Shown here: piece after piece, positions 1-12,531 of the stretch | Layout: every line of letters starts with the position of its first letter | How positions within the stretch are numbered: the first letter of the stretch is position 1 | Assembly: GCF_006345805.1 (NCBI RefSeq) | Contig: NC_042998.1 | Coordinates: forward strand, 159,278,001-159,342,000 | Direction of reading: 5' to 3' | DNA: 64,000 bases | From: Octopus sinensis | Taxonomy: Eukaryota | The notes under the pieces: generated by a model | The model's database searches: none | Seen by the model: the letters and a program-made list of their open reading frames with translations, nothing else | What the model was told of the DNA's origin: nothing | Made by a program: the position numbers and the translations under genes

Positions 1-528
1 GGACTGGATGTGACACGAGGAGACTTGCGGCTAAAGTTGACAAGTTTGAAATCGAATGTATCTGCACTGGCTGCATCGCACCATACACATGGTTCTCATT
101 AAAATGTTTTATTCTTTTCCTTTATAATACAATCAATAATTATTTTTGTATCAGTAGTTCTGACCAATAGTTCATTTGGGGAAAATGAAAATCAGTGTAA
201 AAGAAAGCGCAAGTTTCCATAAGTTAATATGTCTGCATAATATGGAGTTAACGTGAGAATTTTATTCACGCTAATGGCAAAACTAAACCTACAATAAGGG
301 ATTTGTAAACAACCGCATAATTAGTTCTAAGAGCACTAATCGGGCAACGAGCTTACGATATAGTGTGTGTGTCAAATGATACAAAGCAGGGGGAGGGGGT
401 TCTCCTAGGGGATTTAGAGTTACGGAGGGTTATGTCTGGGGGTTTTTTTAACAAGAGGGCGATGGAGCATTTTTTGACCGATAGGTAGGCGATATTGTAA
501 TTTGGCGCAAAAAGTTTAGAAAACACTG
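1..528 (+). mobile_element. 3' end of a hAT (Charlie/Buster-like) DNA transposon: transposase C-terminus plus right TIR
   Basis: Frame +1, 1-102 reads GLDVTRGDLRLKLTSLKSNVSALAASHHTHGSH*, matching the typical ...LDV..DLR..L......SH* ending of Buster/Charlie-type transposases. 508-528 reverse-complements to CAGTGTTTTCTAAACTTTTTG, a Charlie-like TIR. The left part lies outside the window. Confidence 0.7.
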
Positions 529-546
529 ATAATCTATGCTAAGTTA

Positions 547-1986
547 TCTAATATATAAATCCTGTTCTGTCTGTCTGTTTTTTTGTGAGCTTATAACTCG
601 AGTATTGTTCGTCCAATCACGCTGAAATTTTAAATGAATACATGAGAGAGCGGGGCGTTCCGTAATCTAAAAAGATTTTCAAAATTGTCGGTTCCAAAGT
701 AAGAATCGCTATTTTTGTAATCTTTTTGTCCTGTTTCTTCCACCAATCCTGTTCATTAACCGACATTCTAAACAGTTCATTTCTATGTTTTCACATTTGA
801 ATGACAGATATATGTAAATAAAGCTTGCTATTTGTAAATACGGTATCATTTTGATTTAAACATTAGACCACGAATAACTATATTCATTTCTGTGTTTTCA
901 CACGTTTGTAAGCGGCTAAAAAAATCGATATCGCTATAACTTTAATTAACTGTAATCAACCATGTGCATTCGCGGTCAAATGTATCCTTACGGCTGTTTT
1001 TCGCGCAATAAACCAGCTGACATGAAAAGCTACTAGGAAAACGTAGTTACTTTAAGTGAGCAAAAAAAGTGGAAATAAAGCAAATGAAAAACTGGTGATT
1101 ACCCAATTTTCTTAAGATATTCTAAACAAAATTCAACTGAAAGTAGAAAAGACTAATTGATTACTTATAAAACGTGAAAAATTTGGTGGGTTACATCTAA
1201 AACCTTGCCTAACGTTTCTCATCCAACTTTTAAAAAATACGCGGTATTGTTCAATTTTTTAAATAAAACTGATTTGCAAAAACATGCCTTATGTTATTTT
1301 ATTGTACATTGTGTTATTTCACACCCGAGTTTCAGCTCTTTTTGTGTCAGTTTTTGAGAGAAGAGAGACTTCGTTAAGCATTTTTGATGTTTGTCTGTCC
1401 ATCGGGGGATTAAAACTTCCATTTTTATTTTTATTCGAAATTAATTTTCCTTATACCGTAGTTCTTACCACTACGCCTGTGAAAATCGAAATAAAATACG
1501 TAAAGCAACAGTCGACAAATGCAAAAACCAAAGAGCTGCTTATTGCTTAAATATCACTCGCAATATTCACTTTGGAGATAAAACAGTGTTCAGTCTGATG
1601 TATAGGTGTCAACATGAGGTATGTACTATGGAAGAGTACATTGTGCTTATCCTAATGTGAAAGTGTTTGAGTGCAAAAAGTTTAATGTTAATTATGATGT
1701 CCGATTCCACTGGAAGTTGTATATATTGTGGGCTGAACAGCTTTCCTTCATTTTATTGGCCTCATGAGAATTTTGAAAGAGTTCACTGTGTTAAGATTCA
1801 CTAACAGTCAATTTTCCTTATTTAGAAGAAACAATCAACAGTTTTAACGTCTCAGGAATCTTTAATGCCCTAACCAAAAGTGACAGCTCCATACGATCAC
1901 CAAACATCTCCACAACTTAACACCGTCCAAGTTAACTCTCTTCACCTATACAAACCGTCCAATGGACGGGGAGGGGTATTTGCTAG
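547..1986 (+). mobile_element. Non-autonomous Helitron
   Basis: 5' A|TCTAATATATAAA...CTGTCTGTCTGT start at 547. 3' hairpin CCGTCC-AAT-GGACGG (1955-1969) followed by CTAG|T (1983-1987), i.e. insertion between A and T. The 5' end could alternatively be the TC at 533. Confidence 0.65.
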
Positions 1987-2060
1987 TAACTACATGAATA
2001 TATAAACATATTTATATGTATATATATATACGCGAGAAAGAAGCAACAAGAATGGATAGG

Positions 2061-2152
2061 TTTTTAGTACAATCGTTTCATACAAGGACAGGCTTTATTA
2101 AAAGTTGCAAAAATTACAGCATATAAACGTGTCCCGTACTCATCAGCTAAAA
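2061..2152 (-). ncRNA. Type I hammerhead ribozyme motif, mirror copy of 2499-2591
   Basis: Exact reverse complement of the plus-strand copy (TCATCAG at 2140-2146; 6-bp stem I). Confidence 0.75.
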
Positions 2153-2498
2153 TACATCTACACCATTGGAAATTGTGCATCTATACAAAGGATTAATTCA
2201 CCCTCTCTGTAATGCTAATAAGCAGGAATTGAGACCCACCTCGTTGTGATTAACAATGGATAAATTTGTCTTCTGTGAGTATGTAATCCCTCATCATATC
2301 TCTGGAAATTCATATGTGCACTATGGATTAGGTCACCTTCTTTGTGATGCTATTAAAACTTTTTTTAAATTCTGTGATAAGACTGTACATCATCTTTAAA
2401 GAACTTTAATGAACTTTGGAAATCTGTTTATGTTACTTAATTATCTACATTACTTCATGAGTATAGCCTCAACCACTAGGATGTCTAGAGAACTCACA

Positions 2499-2591
2499 TT
2501 TTTAGCTGATGAGTACGGGACACGTTTATATGCTGTAATTTTTGCAACTTTTAATAAAGCCTGTCCTTGTATGAAACGATTGTACTAAAAA
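2499..2591 (+). ncRNA. Type I hammerhead ribozyme motif (GUA cleavage triplet)
   Basis: tttttag (stem I) CTGATGA (2506-2512), stem II gtacgggaca...tgtccttgtat, GAAA (2573-2576), stem III ACGATTGT, A17 (GTA 2582-2584), ctaaaaa (stem I complement, 7 bp). Confidence 0.75.
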
Positions 2592-2740
2592 CCTATCCAT
2601 TCTTGTTGCTTCTTTCTCGCTTATAATCACCCCACATTACTGTATTGTTAAAACAGTATAGTTTTTTTTTGGTGCATCTAAGTTAAGTACCATATTAAAG
2701 TAAATTCATTTAAATTAACTTGAATCTTTATTGCTTTTTG

Positions 2741-3490
<750 letters not shown>

Positions 3491-3803
3491 CACTGAATTA
3501 AAAGACGAATGCTTTTATGTTTATGTATTATTTTTATATAAGCTTCTCTCAATTTTATAAACAACTTACCAAAGTATTTATTTTATCTCCTCATTCATAT
3601 GATACTGTTCACTGCAATTTCCTATTTATCCTCTATCTATTTACCCATTATTACCCTAATTATATTCACATATTATCAATTACCCACTAAAACAACCTAT
3701 AACCCGCTAACCGGCCACATACAAATATTAGCCATAAAATGATACTGTCTGCTGTGATGATTCTAAAATACAACACATAAAAAACCTAACGGTATATTTT
3801 TTC

Positions 3804-3890
3804 TACTCCTCCGAAGAGATTTTACCTAATATAATGATTTTAATAATTGCTATTCAATCTTTTGGGCTTAATTGAAACAGCTGTAAGGGA
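3804..3890 (+). ncRNA. Degenerate type I hammerhead (core CCGAAGA; stem III ACAGCTGT; GUA site)
   Basis: ctcct CCGAAGA gatt...aatt GAAA CAGCTGT A aggga. A paralogue at 33971-34031 keeps CTGATGA (33977-33983) and the same stem II but lacks the GAAA half. Confidence 0.55.
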
Positions 3891-3976
3891 CAATGTTTGA
3901 CTTTTGCAGATAATAAATTTTTATTAAATACTATATCTCCGTTTTCTTACTTTCTTTTGAAGATACATATATATAA

Positions 3977-4009
<33 letters not shown>

Positions 4010-4692
4010 TGCATGCATGCATGCATGCATGTATGTACGTATGTATGTATGTATGTATGTATATATGTATGTATGTATATGTGTGTATGTATATATACAT
4101 TATAAGTGACGAGTCTGTGTGTGTGCATGTGTACATACCTGCATATGGGTATGTGTCTACTTGCATGAATGTATGTATTTTTACTTAGAGACATGCGTGT
4201 TTATGATAAGAATTTTTGAAAATATCGAAAATTACCTTTGAACACTTATCGTGAGTGGAGTTATTCCCTAATCATATTTAAGTATATATTTGTGTTTAAA
4301 TTCATTTTATGGTTTCTTTCGTTTCAATCAAAATGTTACTGACTCACATTTTTTATAAATCTCTTACCTCTCTCTCCCACTCATGAGATCTCTTCCCATT
4401 CTACATATTTGTCTTTCTCTCTTCCACTTGCTCCAACACTTGGCTGTATTTAGCTATTTATATAGTCATTTTACTTACTTTTTCATGTTATATATATTAA
4501 TATTTTTGTTTATCCCTTTTATGGTTGCCCAATCTGCTTTGTATTCTCTTTCTCTCTCTCTCTCTATCTTCTTTTTTTTCTTTTTACTTTTTCACTTTTC
4601 CTGTTTTGTCTCCATTCCTTTCCCTTCTTTCTTTCTCCTAACCATTCTTTTTCTCTTTTATTTCTTTATTTGTCTTCCCTCCCTCTCTCTCC

Positions 4693-4724
<32 letters not shown>

Positions 4725-4914
4725 TTCACTCTCCATCTCGCTTATTTCTCATTCTATACCAAGGCTTTCTATTTCTCTCTAGAAATATTTTAAAGTACCT
4801 CACCATCTATCTACTCAACACCATCAGGAATTCAATCACTGCTACGATCCACAACAAGTCACTTTCAGGGCACTTGACCATTTAACATCCTACTGGTATC
4901 ATAGCACTCCCGCA

Positions 4915-5090
4915 TTATCTTCTTCTTCTTCTACTTCTTCTCCTCCTCCTCCTCCTCCTTCTTCGTTCTTCATCTTCATCTTCTTCTTGTTCTTCTTCTT
5001 CTTCTTGTTCTTGTTCTTGTTCTTCTTCTTCTTCTTCTTCTCCTTCTTCTTCTTCTTCTTCTTCATTGTCTTTTTCTTCTTCTCTGCCAA
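4915..5090. repeat. (CTT)n/(CCT)n pyrimidine-rich triplet tract
   Basis: Visible tandem triplets; explains the poly-K ORF 4899-5117. Confidence 0.9.
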
Positions 5091-5453
5091 GAATTCACAA
5101 CGACCTCGAACCCACAAGAGTAAACAAGAGAGACAGTGACAGGCAGAAACAAGGAAAATGCCCCTTGTATTTGAATACTATGCTTTTAAAATACTTTTCT
5201 TTTAATTTTCCCCAAATTTGATTTTTCCAAAATTTAATTGTTTTCCATACTTACAGTTGAAAAAATCTCAAGGACAGAAACCGGTACCTGAAAATATTTT
5301 AATGAAATTATAATCTAGCATTTTATACCTTCACTTTTTTACACCACACCACACACACACATATATATTATATAGATATATATATATATATATATATATA
5401 TAGTATGTATATATATATATATGTATGCATGTATGCATGTGTGTATATATATG

Positions 5454-5488
<35 letters not shown>

Positions 5489-5489
5489 T

Positions 5490-5547
<58 letters not shown>

Positions 5548-5639
5548 GTATGTATGTATGTATGTGTGTATGTATGTATGTATGTATGTATGTATATATA
5601 TCATCCGAAGTGGTATAGTATTATATATCCTCTCACGGC

Positions 5640-5726
5640 CGATTCTTACCAATTGGTTTCGTGCTAGGGGTGCAACGGAGTGCTAGGTAACAATCTGATT
5701 AATAACTTTACGGTCGTCAGAGGTAG
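5640..5726 (-). ncRNA. Degenerate hammerhead-like motif
   Basis: Minus strand: acct CTGACGA ...~53 nt... GAAA CCAATTGGT A ag. Stem III is a perfect palindrome (ACCAATTGGT) ending in GTA; stems I and II pair poorly. Confidence 0.4.
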
Positions 5727-5764
5727 CCGATATGGAATTAAATATTATATACATATAATATATA

Positions 5765-5809
<45 letters not shown>

Positions 5810-6612
5810 CACATATCTATATATAATATATATATTATATATATATATATTATAGAATATTATATATATATATATATAATATAATACCAGTCTATCGATC
5901 TAATATACCTTTATAAGCTATACAGTATAGCCCCAAACATTTAGGACGGATTCATATCCATCCACTGGTTACCCAACAAATGTCTACAGGCTACACAAAA
6001 TAAACTATTCCATTTCGGGAAATTGTAGTAATACTTACGTTATCGTGTATTTCAAAACCTTATTATAATTGTACACTCTCACAAATATACATGCATGCAT
6101 CCCCACACTTGCAGAAATATGCACGTGCGTACGTACATACATACATATATATACACACTTACATACACACATGCATACAGACATAGCATTGCATAGCATA
6201 ACATAGCATAAATAGAAATGAAATAGCATTTCTAACAATTTTCAGACACATACAAACAATCAAATATGTCCCGATAGATTTCTAAACAATCTGTTACTTT
6301 TTAGTAGAATGTACGTATTTATGTGTTTAAAAAGTCTATTATTATTACATAAATTCTTATTTATAGTGGTCAAACAATTAAAAAAACCTATTAAACATGT
6401 ACATATATACACATAACGAGACAGATACAGTCAGACAGACAGGCATCTACGCTTTCACTTCTCTGTTCTTCGCTGTTTATCGATTATTTCTATAAGTTTA
6501 TGTGCGTGAATTTATGTATGTATAAGTTAATGCGTACAAATAGTTTCAACTATTACTGAACTCTCTACGTACGTATCTAGATAGATAGATAGACAGATAG
6601 ATGCAGATATAG

Positions 6613-6657
<45 letters not shown>

Positions 6658-6914
6658 GATATATACGTAAGTATACTTATATATACTTATACATATATAC
6701 ATAACACATATAATGCATAGGATAGGTATAGTATAATATATATATATATATCTATATTATATATAATATAATATATATATATATATATAATATATAACAT
6801 AATATATAATATATGTATGATATAAACATACATACATACATATATATGTGGTGTGTGTGTGTGGTGTGTGTTGTGTATGATATATATAGATATATATATA
6901 TATATATAACGCGC

Positions 6915-7268
6915 AGGACTTGCAATGTGGTACGTAGCGTTGTTCCCGACTATATGGTTACGGGTTCAGTCCCACTGCGTGGTACCTTGATCAAGTTTCT
7001 TCTACTAAAGCTAGCCTCGGGCCGACCGAATTCTTGTGAGTAGATTTGGTAGACCCGTTTGTTTGTGTGTCTGTGCTTATCCCCCACCATCGCTTAACAA
7101 CCGATGTTGGTGTGTTTATGTCCCCGTAACAAAGCGGTTCAGCAAAAGAAACCGATAGAAAAAGTACTAGGTTTACAAAGAATAAATCCTAGGGTCGATT
7201 TGTTCGACTAAAGGCGGTGCTCCAGCATGGCCGCAGTCAAATGACTGAAACAAATAAAATAATAAAAT
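6915..7268 (+). mobile_element. tRNA-derived SINE, family A
   Basis: Head GGTTCAGTCCCACTGCGTGG (B-box-like), body CTCGGGCCGACC...GATTTGGTAGAC, tail GGCGGTGCTCCAGCATGGCCGCAGTCAAATGACTGAAACAA plus (TAAAA)n. Many near-identical copies in the window; possibly a described octopod SINE (not verified). Confidence 0.8.
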
Positions 7269-7544
7269 AATATATATGATGGACACGAATGTAACTCCTA
7301 AAGCCTACTTGTGCCTTGCAAATCTTTTGGTAAATTGAACAAGCTGAGAACTCAGTTTGCTTAAGTCCTTGTAGATCATTTACTATGTTTTTTTCGAGCG
7401 GGGACGGCAAAGCCTGCTTTGCTCCGTATACATTCTTTTATTCTTTTAATTGGTTTAGCTATTGGACTGCAGCCATGTTGGAGCACCGCCTTGAGTCGAA
7501 GAAATTGACCCCAGGACTTGCAAGTTCTATAATTAAGAGATTAG

Positions 7545-7697
7545 GAATTATTTACATTATTTACATTGGATGGATATTTGTCCTCAACTTGTTTGTTGTT
7601 AAGCAACGTTTCGGCTGATACACCCTCCAGCCTTCTTCAGGTGTCTTGGGGAAATTTCGAACCTGGGTTCTCATTCCTAAGGTATTTTTCGATGCTG

Positions 7698-7733
<36 letters not shown>

Positions 7734-7744
7734 TATTATTATTA

Positions 7745-7775
<31 letters not shown>

Positions 7776-7865
7776 GTTGTTATTGTTCAGGTCACTGCTT
7801 GGAATCGAAATCGGAATCTTGGTGTTAGTAGCCCGCGCTCTTAACCACTACGCCATATGCCCGAG
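7545..7865 (-). mobile_element. Composite module: tRNA-like head (7791-7863) + (AAT)n + minimal hammerhead (7603-7645) + tail
   Basis: Minus strand: GGGCATATGGCGTAGTGGTTAAGAGCGCGGGCTACTAAC...TTCGATTCC (A box TGGCGTAGTGG, B-box-like), then an AAT tract, then gacac CTGAAGA aggctg-gagggtgtat-cagcc GAAA CGT T. The stem I 3' strand has a small deletion. Confidence 0.7.
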
Positions 7866-7986
7866 GGCAAGTGGCTTCTACTATAGCCTCGGGCCGACCA
7901 AAGCCTTGTGAGTAGATTTGGTAGACGGAAACTGAAAGAAGCCCATCGTATATATGTATATATATATATGTGTGTGTGTGTGTAGT

Positions 7987-8022
<36 letters not shown>

Positions 8023-8220
8023 TGTGTATATCTTTGTGTGTCTATGTTTGTCTCCCCCAACATCGCTTGACAACCGATGCTTGACAACCGGCAAAAGAAA
8101 CCGATTGAATAAGTACTAGGCTTACAAAGAATAAGTCCTGGGGTCGATTTGCTCGACTAAAGGCGGTGCTCCAGTATGGCCACAGTCAAATGACTGAAAC
8201 AAGTAAAAAGAGTAAAAAAA
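7864..8220 (+). mobile_element. tRNA-derived SINE family A, 5'-truncated, with internal (TA)n(TG)n
   Basis: Same body and tail as 6915-7268, (GTAAAA) tail. Confidence 0.8.
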
Positions 8221-8420
8221 TAGTATATGTATGTATGTATTTATATATGTTTCTATTTATATATATATACAGGGTGTCCCAAAACAATGTATACACACCT
8301 TAAATAATTGTAAATTTGTTATTCTTTGTTAGCCTAGTACTTATTCTATCGCTCTCTTTTGCCGAACCACTATGTGTATACATTTTTTGGGACACCCTGT
8401 ATATATATATATGTATATAT

Positions 8421-8481
<61 letters not shown>

Positions 8482-8484
<3 letters not shown>

Positions 8485-8689
8485 TTATCGCCAAGCTGAC
8501 ATGGCAGTCCAGGAAAATAGGACGAATGCTACCGTTGATTTGCTCCAAGAGGCCATCGCCTCTAGCTAGCCATGTGACACATAGGTTTGTGTATCACATA
8601 GCTAACTAGAGGCGGTTGCCTCTTGGAGCTAATCAACGGCAGCATTCGTCCTATTTCCGTGGACTGCCAGGTTAGCTTGGCGATAATTA
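8482..8689. repeat. ~100-bp-arm fold-back (MITE-like hairpin)
   Basis: ATCGCCAAGCTGAC...CATGTGACACA / TGTGTATCACATAG...GTTAGCTTGGCGAT pair along nearly their full length around a ~6-nt loop near 8582-8587. Confidence 0.8.
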
Positions 8690-8777
8690 GTAATGCCAAG
8701 TACTACTGCCGTAGTCTCCTTTAGAGTGATTTAGAAATAACAATAATAATAAGATTTTTATACACACACACACACAC

Positions 8778-8830
<53 letters not shown>

Positions 8831-9789
8831 ATATATAGGCATATATACATACATATATGTACATACTAACATATATATGTATAATATTAATGCATATGTG
8901 AGTACAGGCCGTCACAAAACGTAAACAACTTCAAATACCAAAACATGAAATTCAAAATACGAAAAACAACATGGAATACGAAGAAAAATATTTTATGCGA
9001 ACAACGAGAGAAGCAAATGGAAAACAAGACAAGTATCATAAAGAACGATCCTTTATCAATTGTCGGCTGTGTTTATCTCCTCTACATTTTGAGCGATTCG
9101 CGACAATATGTGCCTTCCAGAAAACAGTTGCTCCTGCAAACCAAAATAAAATTTGGAATTTTAACAAAAACAGGAGAGTGAAACAAATAGTGAGGACTGC
9201 TTAGCCAGATGGGATAAGGTTCCGAGCGCTTAGGAACAGTCTTTGACAGGAGAAAAGATAGGAGAGGAGACAGACAAGAATACGTCTGGTCTGTGAAACA
9301 GACAGAAAGAAAAGAAAGATGAACAAATGTGGAAAAAAAGATGGACGATGGGCACGAGTGAGCAACGAGAGAGTAAAGGGGGAAGAGGGAGAGAGAGGTG
9401 GACAGATAGAAAACGGTGAAGGGGAGAATAAAGAATTAGAGAAAGGATGAGAGGGAAAAAAACGAAGGGGGACAGAGAGAGAGAAAGTGAGAACAGTGCA
9501 GAGGTGAGTTGCATCAAAATTATTAAGATAAACTTTATATCTCTCGCTCTCTCTCTCTCTCTCTCTCTTTCTCTCTTTTCTTCCTCCTTAATTCCTTTGT
9601 TCCTCTTTTTCTCTCTCTTCGCTTCCCACGTGACCGTTGGCCGACTGCTAGTCCTGTTGCGTTTGACCGTGGTCACTACCACATCGATATTCTTCCCTCT
9701 ACCGTAAGGCTTCATTTCCATACTCGCCAGCTGAATTCAATTCGTCTCCAGTCGAAGGGCACCTGTTGTCATGTCCTGTTGTTATTATT

Positions 9790-9841
<52 letters not shown>

Positions 9842-10167
9842 GTATTATGTCATCGTATTTTTGTATTTATATTCGTGTAACATCGTGTTTTGCCGTCCTT
9901 GTTTCGTATACATTCGATGCTTTTTCCAAGAAATCTAATGCCTTTAGCTTAGATTTTCCTTAGGGCTGGCCAGATTGAAGCAATCTCAAGATTAATCAGC
10001 CGAAATTGCGAGGATGATCCGGTTTTTGACTGAAGATAAAAGGCTTCGAATGACCCGTCACTGTTTTTTTTTTTTTTGTATCGTCTATCTCGATGTTTTG
10101 TTGTCCTTTTTTGTATCACCTAGTTGTCCGGATGTTTCGCGTTCTTGTCCCATTTTGTATTTCGATT

Positions 10168-10209
<42 letters not shown>

Positions 10210-11522
10210 TATACATATATAATAATACACATAAATACATATATAATATATATCCTCTTTCTTTTCTTTCCTTTCCTGGGCGTCCAATAACACAGTACTT
10301 GTTCACGTCCTCACGTTGTTGTTTTTCTTGCTTGTACTTCTTTGGATTAACTAATATAGATATATTATAATATATAATATCATATCAAAGGGAAATGGAA
10401 TTTAATAAATTTAAAATATTCAAAATCAATCAATTTTACATTTCGCAGTGGGTCAACGTGCAAGAAAATTAGTCAAGAAGACTATATATTAGTTATACGA
10501 TATAGTGGCATATTTATAACACATAAGGATCCACTTAGGTGAGATTAACACACACATTATAGAACCAACAAAAATAACGGATAAAATTCGACAGGAATAA
10601 TATTTGGAAATGAAAAACATTTACATCAAGTACGCCGGTTGGCAGTTTAATGTAGCCACGATAGGCTACTGCGATTGCGCAGAAAAATTTGAAAAGTTAG
10701 TTCGTATAAACAGGAGACAGGTAGCGGTGCTTGTCTTCTGCCTTATATGTTTTAACGTCAGGTTGGACTTCGCCGAAGCAGATCAGACCTTGCGAGTTCC
10801 CCCGACTTGCTAAAAGAAGATCAGAAACCAATTTGGTCCGGAGTACTTGATGGTAAATGTTTTTCATTTCCAAATTTATTCCTGTCGAATTTTATCCGTT
10901 ATTTTTGTGGTTCTATAATGTGTTGAATCTCACCCTAAGTGGATTCCTTATGTGTATAAATATGCACTATATCGTATATATATATATATATAGCAAAATA
11001 AGATAGAGTCAACAAGAAGGAGTACGCGTAGATAATTATTTGATAATCGCTACTCATGTTTCCATACAACATAGATCTTCATATATACGGATTTAAATTA
11101 TGTAACGGTTTGCCTGTATAATGGGATCCAGTTGTATTCTTCAGGTGATATACAATTGCTGTCCCCGTTAGTTACAAAACCTTCGACTTTGATGCTAACA
11201 CATCCATCTGCCTCGTTTGAATTTAGTAGACGCTGGCAGTTTCAATTCGCTCGCTGCCAACGTGCATCTGCACGCTCGCCATGAGCGGTATTGGATACAC
11301 TGGCTGTCCACTTTATTCGCACATGTTATGCTGCACATACGCAATTTATTATTCGACCTTCAAAACCCGTTAGCCCAGATACTCACAGCCTCTCCCATAT
11401 ATGTGTGTGTGTGTATGTGTGTGTATATGTATGTATGCATACAAGCCCACATATACACATATACACACAAATACATCACTGGGCATCCCCATATATTCAT
11501 ACATACTTACATGCATTCATGT

Positions 11523-11577
<55 letters not shown>

Positions 11578-12234
11578 TATATATATGGTCTCCTCGCACC
11601 ATTCCCCTTCTCTCTCTCTTCCTCTTGCTCCTCCTCCCCCATTCCCGTCGTCCATCTGCGACGATACTTCCGTCGTAACTGCTATCCTGTCTTTTCTCGC
11701 CCGCCTTCTAAGGCTACTGGTCGACATTTTTTCTCTTCGTCGTCCACTTTAATCCAGCGTTTGCAATACTTTTTTCGTCTGGCGTTAACAGCCCTTCTTA
11801 TTTGTTCTCCTTGTCCTGTCTCTCATGTTATATATTTATTTTTCCACTGTTCCACTGTTTATATATATTTTTTACTGTTTATATGTTTGTACTGTCGTTA
11901 CCGTTTTGCTTTTTTACCCCTCTGCGAAAAGATCTCAGAATTTTAATGATTTGCTTTTCGTAGGAAGGAAGTTTTCTTCGAAGTATACGTCTCGCTTTTA
12001 TCCTTCGAAACGTTTAGTAGATGAAACCTTAGCGACTGAAGAAGGGGATTTTTCGTTGTGCTTATTGTCTGTATCCCTTTTTTTGCTTGTCTTGTTCCTT
12101 GGTGTGTCTATGTTTTTCGTCTCTCTATGTGTTCGACGTCTTTTGGTGTCCTGTACACATATATGCGTGTATATGTACATGTAGAGGTAGGTACGTACAT
12201 ATATGTTTATATATATGCATATGTTCTATTTTAT

Positions 12235-12319
<85 letters not shown>

Positions 12320-12531
12320 ATACGTACATATATGCACCCGTGCACACCTACACACACACCGATCAACAAACACATTCATGCGTATACATACACGCCCGAA
12401 CATTTATCTACACATACACATGCTCATAGGTATATCCTTGGTCACTCCAACATATAAACATACATATACATACGTGGAGCGGACGGATGGGGGTGGGAAA
12501 TTGAATTATAGTTATTGAATATGCATATGGA

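Larger units (their letters stand above)
2032..2620. mobile_element. Penelope-like remnant: 121-bp perfect inverted repeats (2032-2152 / 2500-2620) around a degraded GIY-YIG-like C-terminus
   Basis: Arms are identical reverse complements by eye. The interior read on minus gives ILTEDKFI.../NHNEVGLN, resembling the end of PLE GIY-YIG domains. Each arm carries a hammerhead motif. Confidence 0.65.

Noticed and set aside
1284-1750. Possible Helitron helicase remnant (LPFLF..INFP; FTLEIKQ..IGVNM)
   Set aside because: Resemblance to the helicase C-terminal motifs is too weak to call by eye.
7791-7863. tRNA gene
   Set aside because: A and B boxes are present but there is no proper acceptor stem or cloverleaf, and it is embedded in a repeat. 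Treated as a SINE-like head; the same applies to the other SINE heads.
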